DNA of 64,000 nt from Sphyrna mokarran (Eukaryota). A program made the position numbers and the translations under genes. The notes beneath the pieces are model-generated. The model saw nothing but the letters and a program-made list of their open reading frames with translations, did not search any database and had not been told where the DNA came from. Below are positions 51,600 through 64,000 of this stretch, one piece after another; within the stretch, counting starts at the first letter, position 1; the number at the start of each line of letters is the position of its first letter. The DNA lies in contig JAGIQG010000001.1 in assembly GCA_024679065.1 (NCBI GenBank), forward strand, positions 117,924,001-117,988,000, in the 5' to 3' direction.

Positions 51600-52700
51600 G
51601 GGAAAGGAACAAAGGAAAGAGGCGCAGTGGAGACCAAATTTTAAATACAGCATTGACTTCTGAAGAAAGGGTACCTGGAGATGATGAGAACCTACTGTTG
51701 CAGGGGACAACTCTCCAAACAAATGGTCACAGACATCTCAGCCCTCATTTCCGAAGACCTCGTGCATCGCCGCACTGGTTGTCATGCCCAGCTAGTAGCC
51801 ATTAAAGTCATTGTAGCCTTGAACTTCTTCACTCTGGTGAAGGGTTCCCAGGGTTTGATACGGACCTCCGTGGTATTTTGCAGGGAACTGATCCTCACTT
51901 TGTCAGAGTTATAGCCCATTCATCTAACAACAAATATACCTTCACAGGAATAGTTAGCATTGGAAATTCCCTCTGACGCTGGATTTCTCCAGATGTAGAA
52001 GATTATCAAATGCATCCTTGAAGCCACCAAGGAATCTTGTGAACAGTCAGTGACATCCATAAACAAAAAGGGCTTTCATTCTGAACGTCCAATTCCTCTA
52101 ATCTACAACAACAGTGTTCTTTCTAGCATGCACTCATGTTTCTGGCAGCTGCCATGATTCTTTCATCCTTTGCTATTTCAGGCTGCCTCAGGTATTCACT
52201 ATAACCCCAGAACATGTTGATAGATTCTAACTGATAAGGGAATTCTATGAGTTGTTGACTATTCATCCCTTTATGGAAACCTGACACAGAGGCATAGTGA
52301 TACAACCAATTCCACTTGTTCAACAGATTGAACAGGCCATCAGGCTTCTAATTTGCAACTCCATTTCCTAGACCAGTCAGGTGGTGCCCTTCAATAGTCT
52401 TCAGCAAGTGTTTCTATCATTCTGATGGTCTGCTGTACTCTCCATAATATGGCCCTCCAGAAGAACGTGGACCTTTAGGATGGTGAGGCCCTGGTAGAAG
52501 ACAGCTCATTCAGGAATATTCGGAGCAGGACGTAAGAGACGACATGGAGACAGAAGGAAATGTTGCTGAAATAATAGGCTCCCCTGCTGCACAACAAGAC
52601 AATCTACTCCAGTTAGTCTCTGGGAAGGAGACCTCCCTCCTCACTCTCACTGTCAGCAACATTTAGATCTGGGTTGACATCAGTCAATGTTCTGGTGTCA
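51600..52700. mobile_element. Second decayed PIF/Harbinger transposon: transposase (+), Myb-like remnant (-)
   Basis: On +: VAIKVIVALNFF, INKKGFHS, DKG, IEQAIRLL, FLDQSGGALQ*...VCCTLHNMA. On -, about 52620-52665: MLLTVRVRREVSFP. Confidence 0.75.
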
Positions 52701-53426
52701 GGTAGCCAGTTCGCCCATAATCTCTCGCTTCTCTTTGGTACTAAAGAAGGGTTAGGCACAAACCATAATCTCTCCCTCAGGACAACCAGACACCTCCATG
52801 ATGGCTGCCATGAGGTGTCTAAATGAGTCTCTCACTTCATCTGACTCATCTCCATTTCTGTCCACTGGCTTTAAGTGGATAGGAAACCCATCTTTATATC
52901 AATTAAAGTCTCGCTTAGGGAAAATCTGAATTCTAATCTGTTTCCAACTGGAGGAAGTCTTCTGATCCAAAAACAGACCCGTCTCCTGTTTTCTGCTTCC
53001 ATGGTGAAAATTCAGTCCTTTGTCTTGAGCAGGAATGTATTTGTAATTGAACAAGGGCTGCTTCTTCAAGTATAAAACTGCTAGAATTTATTTTTACTTT
53101 AACAGTTGAAGAGATATTAGAATACATTTACACTGTGAAACAAGAAATGTTCTTCAGTAAACAATTCTTAGAAACATCATTTACCTCTGGCTATACATAT
53201 ATATATCGTGGTGGTCTTTTGCTCTAATAGTCACTGTATTGTTGCTGGTTCTGTATTTAATGATTCAGTTAATGTACTTCCTAGTAAAGAATGTGTATCA
53301 AAGTAAAAAGAGCTGAAAGATCTGATTATCAAATAGTGGTGCAGTCAAGATTTCCCACAGCTAATCAGAGAGCTCCCAGTCCCATTTTTTTTGCATGGAG
53401 ACTAATCACATAGAACATAAGGCTAC

Positions 53427-53447
53427 CCGGCATCAGAAGCGGATTGA
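53427..53447 (-). CDS. Candidate 21-nt ANK2 microexon (QSASDAG), phase 2-2
   Basis: Acceptor tttttccattcttttgtgcag|, in frame with the flanking exons and stop-free. The donor CGG|gtagcc is weak and there is no transcript evidence. Confidence 0.45.
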
Positions 53448-53459
53448 CTGCACAAAAGA

Positions 53460-53693
53460 ATGGAAAAACAGAGTTGAAAACACAGGCACTAAAAATAGTT
53501 GGAAAAAGTGAGATACAAAACAGCAGCATGAGAATCTAATGGACAAGAGAATGAACAGTAATGTAATGGGAAACATAACTGCAAGGAAATGATAGCATTT
53601 TCCAAATGAATACATGATTCAGCAGCAAGAAAATTTTGGGAGATACATCGAGAGATAAAAATAGAAAATTATGAATGAATGGGTATGAATGGG
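53460..53693 (-). promoter_or_regulatory. Pyrimidine-rich intronic YCAY cluster (NOVA-type)
   Basis: 14 YCAY tetramers on the pre-mRNA strand in about 235 nt, counted by hand. Confidence 0.55.
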
Positions 53694-54307
53694 CAAAACA
53701 TTCATAATTGATTATTGACATATACTATATATATTAAATATTTTACATTATTCTCTTCCATTCCACAGCTGACTCATCTTAATATATAACAGAACATGAT
53801 TTTGATTTCATATTGTAAATGAAGGAAAAGAATGCAATATCACAGGACAGAAATGAGGAAGAAAGAAAGACCATTAAGATCACACTAATTACAAATAGGC
53901 AAAATGCTGAATTGAAGTTATTTTTTGGATTTAAAAAGTTAAGTCCTATTGAGGCCCAGGACTTAACTATTTTAAATCTTAGCAGGATCCTAGCCTATAA
54001 ATAGGTAACAAGGCACAAGAACTTCAGCACACTTGTATTATGTCTTTCTAATAAAACTTCTTTCAATTTCCATTTCACTTTGTTACAGACTACAATTTAA
54101 TACACAGTTTAACAAGGGTAGGAAAATATGAGTGAACATTTTTGTAATGTCCACTAACACATGAGGAAATAACAAAAGGAATGGATAGGAAGGAAGGCAA
54201 CCAAAGAAGTTCCCTAGTACATTGAACACATGTATTCCCAGCTATGACAACATTCATGACATAAAGCCACAAAACATCACAATAGTTACTTCTGGCAAAT
54301 GTGATCC

Positions 54308-54366
54308 ATATAATATATATATTATATACACATAATACACATATATAATATATATATTATATACAC
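54308..54366. repeat. Tandem duplication of an AT palindrome (atataatatatatattatatacaca x2)
   Basis: Two 25-nt copies about 33 nt apart. Confidence 0.75.
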
Positions 54367-54505
54367 AAAACAAATATTAAGACATGTAAGGGATAAAGAT
54401 GATGGGTTTAAAAAAAAGTATACAGAATGTTGGGAAGGGTTGCAAGGAATGAGCATGGAGGCATCCAATGAATTCTTCTCTGAACATTTTGTTTGTCTCT
54501 CCTAC

Positions 54506-54604
54506 CCAAGAAATTTTGTTCCTGAAGGCCCAAGCTGCAGGATTCGGCTAACCAAGCTTTCTCCCTCATTTAGAGGGGGAGGAGAGTTAGGAAGATGCAG
54601 TTTA
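54506..54604 (-). CDS. ANK2: ANK2 99-nt cassette exon in ZU5-A (KLHLPNSPPPLNEGESLVSRILQLGPSGTKFLG), phase 2-2
   Basis: ctcag|T and GG|gtagga; matches the recalled human alternative exon KLHLPTAPPPLNEGESLVSRILQLGPPGTKFLG. Confidence 0.95.
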
Positions 54605-56234
54605 CTGAGTAAATCCAAAGCAGCAGTGGAAGAGAGAAGATGAAAAGTATAAAACCATCAAACATTTAAGTCTTTGTTCTGATTGTTTATTTTAGTTATT
54701 CAAGCGGAGATTGTTTGCCTATCTTGAAATCATCAACATGCAATCAGTACCTTTTCTTTTCACCTGCAGGGATGCTTGACAAATTAAGAATTTTGCAATC
54801 TTACAATGAAGACATGTTATCATTATTAATAATTGACCAATAGTTATTGTTGATAATGTCTCAATCGGTAAGATATTATAATGCAGGAGCTTAAAAATAA
54901 CAGATTGACAATTGATTCTGTGATTGCCTACTGGACAATCAAAGAAAACAAGATTGTTCATCAAAGGTTTAATTCCTCTTTTATTTTCTTAATTTCCTTC
55001 TTTATCTTCTACACTGTTCTAAACTTCTTACCCTTGGGCTCGCTGCACAATATGCAGGTTTCTCAACGAATAATAAAATGTAGTTGTTCAAAGGCATTTC
55101 ATACCAGTGTGTTAAAAGGTCAATCCGCTAAAGTGAAGCCAGGGAGGGGGCATAAGATTGAGGGGCAAAAGAATGGTGGGGTGGGGAGGTGGGAAATGGT
55201 AAGAAGCACATATGTAAGTAATATGCAAATGAGACATACTGCTACTTTTTCCCAGCCAGATGCCAGTGCAGATATCTGTATCAGTACAGATCCGTACAGA
55301 TACATATCTGTAGTATTAACATTTAATAGGATATTGCAGTCACTATGGACCTTATATTGTTCCTTAATAACTACAGCAAGATTAGTCCACCAATGATCTA
55401 TGCATTTGCTGACTAGTATTTGATTGACTTGATTGGGCAAAGTTAAACGGATTATTGATGTTGGGATATCAATTTAATATTAAGTCAAAATCATAATTTA
55501 ACCATACAGATTAATAATATAAATAACATCCATACAATATATAATAAAAACATGTATGTACAATTCAATCCCACTCATTTTAATGGAGAGAGAAATGATT
55601 TAAAGATGTGTAGATGGGTAGGTAGGGTGAATTAATCAAAATGAGAAAGGCTTGTGGAACATAATGGGCTTTTTCTGTTCCCTAAATTCATATGTTCTTA
55701 CATCGTACATATATAACATACATGTTAGATTAATTTCTACTTGAGAATAAATTTAAAAGTATAATTTGATGCTGGATAATTTGGCACTATTCCTCTGTTT
55801 CTTGTTCTACGATAGCTGCTAATGGTTAGTGATTATTCTCTTAAAATGAAGATTTGCTGAATATCTTTCTATTGTACCCTGGTTATTTAGTATTGTAAAT
55901 ACAAAACAACAGTATAAATACATAACTTTATTTTTGTAACTAACACGAAAACATATCTTGCTTAAATTTTGTATTTCTTCAAAGTTTATGATTAGACAGC
56001 ACCACCTGTTACAATATCACATTGCCCAGAATTCATAAGTTCTTCAGTGATTGCATATTAAAAGTTAGTTGTTATCCAAAGAAACATATATTGATAAATA
56101 ATCTTTCTGCAAGAATGTGTCATTAAATTTATTAAAATTTACAGAATGTAATATTGCCTTCGAACTGACTGCATTTTAAACAAAGCAAAAACAAAATTTG
56201 GTTGTTTATTGGATTTGCATATTTAGGAACTTAC

Positions 56235-56459
56235 CCAAGGAACTGAGCACCTGATGGTCCAACTTCAATCAGCCTACTTGCATGACCCTCTCCTTCTACC
56301 ATAGGGGGCATTGTCGCCAGTCTGTGACGTTTGACTAGGCGGCAAGTTACACGTGTTGGGGCTGTGCATTTCCGAGGGGGAATGATAATACGAAGTCCAT
56401 TATGACGACAGCCCCGCATGGATCCACCACGAGCATCCACCATGAAGCTAACCAGGAAA
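56235..56459 (-). CDS. ANK2: ANK2 exon, ZU5-A start with spectrin-binding DAR motif ([12 protein letters not shown]...GAQFLG), 225 nt
   Basis: ttgcag|T and GG|gtaagt. Confidence 0.97.
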
Positions 56460-59400
56460 CTGCAATTAAATACAAAGTTTTTATTATCCACTTTACTCTT
56501 GATTTGCAGCTTTCTTTTTGATTCGGGTAGTGGATTGATGATTATTCATTCACGTGAGGCAATACATAAATGGAAAAAGGGAATAATCACTGCGATCATA
56601 TGGAACATTTGTAAGTCTATTTTGATGTAAAAACTGAGGCTCTGGTGGTTTCCTAGACTTCAATTGGATGGTGCAGCCTTCTCCAGAGTCGATTCCATCT
56701 TCTGGCAAACCAGATGATATTTCCACCTGCCATTCTCTATTTGAAATCTCAATAAACAGAACTGAAAGAGATTCTTGTGGTGTCATCAATGATATCCAAG
56801 ATACTGGGCTACTAGAAAAATAAGTTGTAGCTCCTCCCAATTCAGGGGAAAGGGGGAGGGAAATTGAATGTAGAATAATAGAGAGCAACATACTTTTGTT
56901 CTTAAACATAGCTTAATTTGAATAAAGTCTACCCCCTTATAACCCTTTGTTCAATTTAAATCATTCTTTTAATTCAAATTCACTTACCTAATTAAATCAG
57001 AGAAAATTCACACAGTCACATTTAGCATTCAACAAAGCTGCTTTGGATCCATGCCCACCAATGAGTAAATGCTGAGAGCAAGTAATCTAATTTGTGATCT
57101 CCAATAAGCATCTCAAATATGGCATGTTGTAATAAACTCTAAGCATCATCCAACTGTGTTCTGGACAGATACCAAGGATAGGTCTGCTAAAGTCTGTTGT
57201 GCAAGTCAACATTCTCAGCAATCATTCTGCTGAAGTTGAAGTAATGCCCAATAACAGCTAAACAAAAGCCCAGAAGCTGCATTAAGCTGCATTGTATCTG
57301 ATAAATTCATTCCAGAAATAGGAAGACTGAAAATTTCATAATAAACAGAGATCAATGTTTATTAAATAAATGTACACACTTAAGGTACATTTACCTGTAT
57401 ATTGTATAAGTTTGTTTTATTGAAATTAATGGATGTGGTCAGCAATTTCCATTGCAAATCACTTCAAAAATAGACAAATCATTTCTATGCTAGCAAACTA
57501 AGGTGTAACATCATGGCCAGAATAACTTGTTACTTCATAGCCTGTGTCCAGAAGTATTTTATAAACTTGAAATGAAATGAGCAAGGGAGCAAAGAAAGCT
57601 CATCTCTACTGACTACTGTATTTCCATATAACAAGCAAATGGTTTTGTATCTTTTCAAAATTACTGTCAGTCATTTCAAATTGGGTTGCACTATGACTAA
57701 AAATGCTCATTTTTGTGGTAAACCCATTTTTCACTGTATTAATTAAACTACACCAAGTTAGCACTTTTAAACATATCAAAAAATCGACTTTAATGCAAAT
57801 TACTCTCAAAACAAATGATTATGTTGGTTCAGGGCAGATTTGGCATTTGCTAAATACAAAGGAGTTTGAGCAGAAACTTCAGGAAACAAAACCACTTTTC
57901 AAAATATTTATAATTTTGGATGTAATTTGCAGATGAATCTCTGATTGTGCTCAACATCTATCACAGTACCCAGTCGCAAGCAGGCAGCATGTATAAATTT
58001 TGCAAGTTTTCCTCATAAGGAAGAATGAAACTTTACTATTTTTCATCAAGACATTTGTCATGTTACTGTTAGTTGGCACACATCTATTGAAAAATACAAC
58101 TTCAAATTAATACAATTGTTTAGAAGATATCAAAGCACACAAGAGGCAACAACAAATAATATTATTTCATGAAGCAATAAGCATAATTCTGATTCACCCT
58201 TGTTAAGTGATGTCATACAAGTGCAGAGATGTTTCTCTTTCACATAAAAGTATTTTCCCCACTTTACTTGAATTGTTATAAGTCAGTGTATAAAATAAGT
58301 GAACCATAATACTGGTGTGGTTATTTCATTTTTTGATTCAACGAAGAGTTACTTTTTTAACTATATCAATAAAATTCCTGTACGACAGTTCAGAAAGAAT
58401 GAAATTCAAGCTTCATTATTTATTTATTTTAAAAAAGTAGAATTACAGTAGCAGGGGGAGAATGCATGAAAAAATTCATTTTGCATCAGTGATAATGTCA
58501 GCAATGGTCTTTTCATTCATCTCAATACCAATTGAGTAAAAAGAAAAGTCGTTTCAGTGCTCTGCATCATTGATGCTTTTAACCTTTAGGTTAGAAATTA
58601 TACTTGTAGATTGACATTGTCTTTTTCAACACAACATTTGACATGCCATGACAGCTATGTAAAAATGTCAAAATTAATACCTTCAAACTAGAAAACAAAT
58701 GAAATATTTATTATGGAATAATCATCTCTTCAGAATGGACATTTAATAGGTAAGTTTGTACTTCATGATTTGTTTTCCTGTTTCTTTTATTGATGTGAGA
58801 GATCAAAGATTTGGTGCAAATTTCCATTAGCCAATAAAAATGAATACCAGGCTGGAAAACAATATGGAAGTTTAAATATTGAACTTGCACTTGTTTTTTT
58901 GATGGCCAAGTTAATCCGACCATGCAAGACAAAGCACTGAGGCATTTTAATCCTAGGTTAAGGAAGGCTACCAAACATAATAAAGCAAATGTTTTCACAC
59001 AGAATGCCACGATGCAAATCTTCACCTTGATTCACTGTCAGGAATTGGAGAAGAATAGCTGTAACAGAATAAGTATGGAAAGCAGGGTATTAGCTAGCAA
59101 AAGGTTAATTACTGGAGAAACTATATGACCACGATATTTCAAGACATTGCCAAGCAACAGGAGCTGTCATCCAATGTAATAGAAAATGAGGTTGCTGTTG
59201 GCGGTCTGCTGATTTCTGCCAGGTGGCAAAAGAGGAGATTCAGAAAAGTCTGACAGGAAAAAAGGGAAAAATTCTGGGGCAGGGAAAGCCATAACTTTCC
59301 TTCTGATTCCGAAGGCACATCACTGCTACTCCTAACCACAAAGAATATTTTCTGACTTATCTGGGGCTTCCCTTTCACTGGCTGCATACTTGCTTATGTC

Positions 59401-60186
59401 TTGCAGGAAAGTTGCTATGGCTGCATTCATTCTCAGGCACCAGTCAAAAAGCTTTATGATCACATTAATGTACAAAGATTCATGTGAGTGCCTCATCCAT
59501 CTGCAAAACCCTTCAGATTAGTGTTAAGGACAGTGAGATAGTGTTAATTTTCATGATAGTAAGAAGCTATTTTTAACTAATCACCTGCCCTGAGTTCTGC
59601 TGGGAGGAAAGGGTTAAAATTGATCCTTAGATGCTTATCATGTTTCCAGTTGGTTGAGAGACATGACTGATGCCAAGGGAGGGGGTGCAAAGAGACTTCA
59701 AAAAAGTCATTTACATGACTTCCTGTTTTTCTTTAACTGAAGTAGAAAAGCCTCAAAAACCAATCCACATGAACAACAGCACAACAATTACAGAGATGGA
59801 TCATTAGTACAAAGCCTAAATTGAAACTTGAATATATAATCCAGAAGTAGATTCTTGCCAGGTATCCCTTCATGGAATATAATTCGACTTTTAATCAGCA
59901 TTAGTAACTTCATTAACCTGAACTTTGACTATCCTTCTTAGGGAATCTGTTGCAAAGCCATATACTATAGCCATAGACGATTGACGTAAATTGATAAACT
60001 GGAGATTCCTCTCTGCAATAATTATTTTGATCATTTTGAAATGCCAGTTACAATGTCAAAGAAACAAAATGCTTCGTCATTGCAGTTAACATTGTGTACC
60101 GCCTTACTGTTGCAGAAATAACCAAGATGAGTGGTGGCAGAGTTATTTGCATAAAACTGCTTGTTACAAATAGTTGTGATACCGAA

Positions 60187-60258
60187 TAGAATCATCGACG
60201 TTTATAACACGGAAACAGACCCTTCCGCCCCACTTGTCCACGCCACCACTTTTTTTTG
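60187..60258 (-). repeat. Very short CR1-type 3' tail
   Basis: tagaatcat...cacggaaacagacccttccgccccacttgtcc. Confidence 0.5.
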
Positions 60259-63200
60259 AGACTATCAAAGTTATTTCAGCTTTTGCATACAGTCTTCATT
60301 TAACATGAATGATTTATTTCATGTTATCTGCCAAACTAGCACAAAATGTCAAAAAGAACATGGAATCACACATTTTCAGTTGGAATATTCAGTATTGATT
60401 ATCTACTTGGGCACAATGGCCTTTTTCAAAATGAAAGAGTAAGCAACATGGTGCAGTTGAATTGACACCAGCTTTTTACTTCTAGGATCTGAGAAAAATT
60501 TTAAATGTTTTTTTCAAATGGGCAGTGACTGGTTTCAGCTAGTCTTCCACAGCAGTCTGAGGCTACTTTAATTATCCCATTACCATGCTAGCAATCAACT
60601 CTCTCCCTGCACCAGAGGAAAGTAGCTGTCAGCTTCCAAATACTCCTGCTCCTTGCAGCCCTACAAAGGAGACCTGGAAGAATTCTTCAGCTCCTCAAAC
60701 CTCTTCACCTGGTGGGAAAACTATGGTGGCTTCCTCACTTAGGCAAAATATCCCACTGCCATATAGAAATTAGAACCTTTCCAGCTTTGGGTGGACATCT
60801 TAGCTGCCTGTCTAGAAGCATCTTTTAAAATCTGGTGAGCAAGAAATCTGGAGCATTTTAACTGCCCACCTTCTAGGAAACCAACGGATGGATGGGCTTA
60901 AAATCCCTTTCCACCCAACCCGGTCCATCTAGACAGATAGGATAAAAGTCTTCTCACCCTGCTGGCTGGAAAGTTCCTATGTCTTGCACCATCTTGCTCC
61001 AGTAGCTGAAGGATAAGATAAAGGTGGGAGGCAGCAAAGGGGATTTAAAAAAGATGTATCAATGGGGGAGTGGAACAATAAATAGATGCTGAGAAATGTA
61101 ACCACAGCAACCATGACAATTTCACAGATAGTTAACCATCACTGCATTCATTAAACTCAACTAAAACTACAGTAAAAGCCATTTAATTGAGACAAATTTA
61201 TCCAGATTAACCAATTGTCACTGACCACCGTACTTGCTGATCCCCGTTTCAGTGGTCTCATGTCAATTATTGCATCTTAAATCAACCTTGAGATTCCACG
61301 ATTTTATTGGGTATATGTAGTGGATTCTTGGTAAAGTATGATTTTTTAGCTATGATTAAGAGTTGATAGAACAGCTAAGTTTCATAGCTGACTAAAATGC
61401 CAGGAGACTTGGAACTAGAAGGTCACTAGTTCGTGAAATAAGTCAACAGAACAGTCAGCTATAAAATTCAGCTCTGTTTGGATTACTGTAAGAAAGTTGA
61501 TTCTTGTAGTCGGATGCTCAGTTTTTACGTCTCCCCTTCAGCAACTTACCCAGCCAATTGGCACTTCAACTAGATGATAGCTGAGAGAGTTAGAAATTTG
61601 GTTCTTTGTTGTGTTAAAAATCTCGCTAAAACCCAACAGCTATTACCTAAATGAATGGACCAAGTGGATAGATGCTAGTTGGCCAATCAACAGCAATTCA
61701 TCACGGCAAATCGGTTTCCAATGAGCTTTCTCTGTAAGATGTTGTAAATGGCTTCTACTGCAATAAATTTTTCAAGATTTATTTTGTATCCTTTTGTAAT
61801 AAGGACTAAGCACTTTTATTTTGATTCATGCTGTCTCAGCTTCTCTGCTGAAAATGCAATTGCTTTGAAGCCATGCTGATAGATGATTACAAAAAAAATT
61901 GAGTGGCCAGCTATTCCTTAAAATATGAATAATTTATTGTTGCCTTTTGCACCTTTGACATCTTGAATTGACAGCCTTGCTATTAAAAATTTGTTCCTTC
62001 ACTGGCAGATTCTCTTTGGGACTGGCTGAATAACATAGGAAGCTGGAGTCTGGTACATTGTGTGCTCTATATCACTTATTGAAATGTTGAGCAAGTGTTT
62101 AAAATATGTACAAATAATGTTTTGATTTCAACAATTTATTTGAATATAATTTAAAAATGCAAGTTTAAACTTTTGGAAAATTTATTATGTCTCAGATGTC
62201 ACCAACTTCAGTCTTACCAATCACTTTGCAAAGAAAGAGACAGAGATTAAGTGGTTAAAGTGGCAAATGTGAGAAAGTATACTAAATGGGATAGATAGTG
62301 TATGGAAATTCTGCATTGGTATGAGGGGTGAAGTAGGGGCCTCACCTGAAGGACAAATGTGAGCCCAAAGCCAAAGTGGTACTTTCCATCTGCCTGCTCC
62401 ATGTGAATGAAGAGCCCTCTTGCTAAGCCTGTCCAATCGCCAGCCCTAAAACCTATATATCTCTCCAGTAAGCTACTTAGAGTGCATGGAATAAGATTAT
62501 GAAAAATTATTAGGCCTTGAAGATATGCAAAAATAAAGTAATTTAAGGATGAAGCTTTTTTAAAAGCTAATTACTTAAATGTGAAAAATGCAAAATTAAA
62601 ATGCATTTTAAAAGTCCTTGAATAGTGATATATTCCCAGTAAACGCAGGCTATCACATGCTATTTCCCAGCTCCCCTGCAAACACATGCACTCCCCTTTC
62701 TTCTCTGTACTTGCCAGATATATTTATAAATCTCACCCTGAATGGATTGGACTGGAAGAAAGAGCCACATTGTCCAAGTTCTCTACTTCCCATGTTGAGT
62801 CCTTGTCAGGGCCTTTAGCCAGAGCAACCTGCAATTTCAAAGAAAAACATGTAATTATTGATGAAACTGTTTCTATAATTAAAGTCTGAACTATGACACA
62901 TGCTTAAAATAATTTATTGATAATATTCAGTTTCAAAACATATGGAAATGTAAATGGATGCATATTGTGAACTTCTCATTCTAAGTACATATTAAAAATC
63001 TTACCAATGAAAACCAATTAATACTGAATTTGTCTTATATTTTATAGCAAAACACAATTCACAAGTGCTACTTTATCCCTTAGCTTTTCAATCTTAAATG
63101 AAGAAAGTAACAAACACGTTGTCCAAGAGCAATTCTTGAATAAAACTGAAAAAATAATTCTTATCAGATGTACAGCAAAGAGGAGTCTTATTTTTATTAG

Positions 63201-64000
63201 TGAAAATACTGCATGTAGTTTAATAATTGCCAAGGGAAATCTATGCATTAAAATCGCAAATGTGCTGTTCAAACTGTATCAAAGATGCAATTTTGCATAC
63301 CTGGCTACTTGTAGCTGTGATTAATTCTTCAATCATGGCACTGTCCCTCTGGTATGGGCCATGGCTTGGTGTGTTGGACCTGTCTGAACTGAAGGATCGC
63401 AGGCTGATGGGTTGGCCGGTTGCAATGGAAATGCAGCAGCATAAAGGTGATATAATGGGATGAGCAGGAGAGTGAAGAAAGCATGCTATTAGCATATTAT
63501 GCAACTTCCAGGGGATTGGGAGTTAATAAATAAAAATAAAGTAGGGCCAATGGCAGCATTCATTAAATTCAAGGGACAAAATATTCAATCCCTAACTAGT
63601 TCAAAAAGTCAAAATAAAAAGTCTCCACAAACCAGTTTAATAAAATGATGGAGCATTTAAATTGAGTGAAAAATAAATACTGATTTCCTCTATATTAAAT
63701 GCTTATACAATTATGGTATATTTTGCTTTTGTTTCTATCAGAGGAATCAAGATATTGTAAAAGTGAATGTGGAATGACTGAAGAATCAGACTATTTTCTA
63801 TGTGGCATTATCTAACACAAAGCCATCACTGTGCATCAAATGGAGTTAGCACTTCCTGTACTTGAAGATAATGCTTTAATTATTCAAACTATGACAGATG
63901 TAAAAAATCTGAAGACTTTAAAGGGAATGTTAAAAATCAAGCCCAAGAATCCCAAGGTGGTAATGAGAAAACTTGCATCTGGCTTTATATAAAGCTGTTC

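Larger units (their letters stand above)
674..56459 (-). other. ANK2: ANK2 (ankyrin-B) gene, internal portion: ZU5-A/ZU5-B/UPA exons, linker microexons, giant exon and first death-domain exon
   Basis: Thirteen exons have AG/GT boundaries and join in a consistent phase chain. Peptides match ankyrin-B-specific sequence as recalled ([50 protein letters not shown]). Confidence 0.97.

Noticed and set aside
51681-52460. HARBI1-like host gene nested in the intron
   Set aside because: Multiple stops and frameshifts mark it as a transposon relic.
56460-64000. Search for the upstream ANK2 exons (ending SPIHSG, or the short alternative exon before ZU5-A)
   Set aside because: No matching peptide was found by eye; they probably lie beyond the window end.
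1-64000. CRISPR arrays, retron/DGR or other prokaryotic systems
   Set aside because: There is no repeat-spacer periodicity or operon structure, all RT sequences are non-LTR retrotransposons, and the locus is a spliced vertebrate gene.

Overview
This window is eukaryotic, AT-rich genomic DNA. The repeat types (CR1 LINEs, V-SINE/HE1-like and Deu-core SINEs) point to a cartilaginous fish; that is an inference. The whole window lies inside an ankyrin-2 (ANK2, ankyrin-B) gene on the minus strand. I could reconstruct 13 coding exons with GT-AG boundaries and a fully consistent phase chain. They run from ZU5-A (56459) through ZU5-B, UPA, two linker microexons (33 and 22 nt) and a 5835-nt giant exon (6296-12130) to the first death-domain exon (674-754). 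The start and end of the gene are outside the window. The introns hold young and old CR1 copies, a Rex1/Babar-type LINE, SINEs, two decayed Harbinger transposons, MITE-like palindromes and a Penelope-type palindrome with a decayed hammerhead core. No prokaryote-type system (CRISPR, operon, rRNA, tRNA) is present. The best new candidates concern splicing control. (1) A 16+4 bp long-range complementary pair flanked by NOVA- and RBFOX-type motifs lies in the intron upstream of the giant exon. (2) A frame-preserving 21-nt candidate microexon in ZU5-A sits behind a dense YCAY cluster. (3) Young inverted CR1 copies bracket five exons. (4) The giant exon lacks the mammalian 12-aa microtubule-binding repeats but carries five SxIP/SxLP motifs. 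All comparisons with human ANK2 are from recall and were not aligned computationally.
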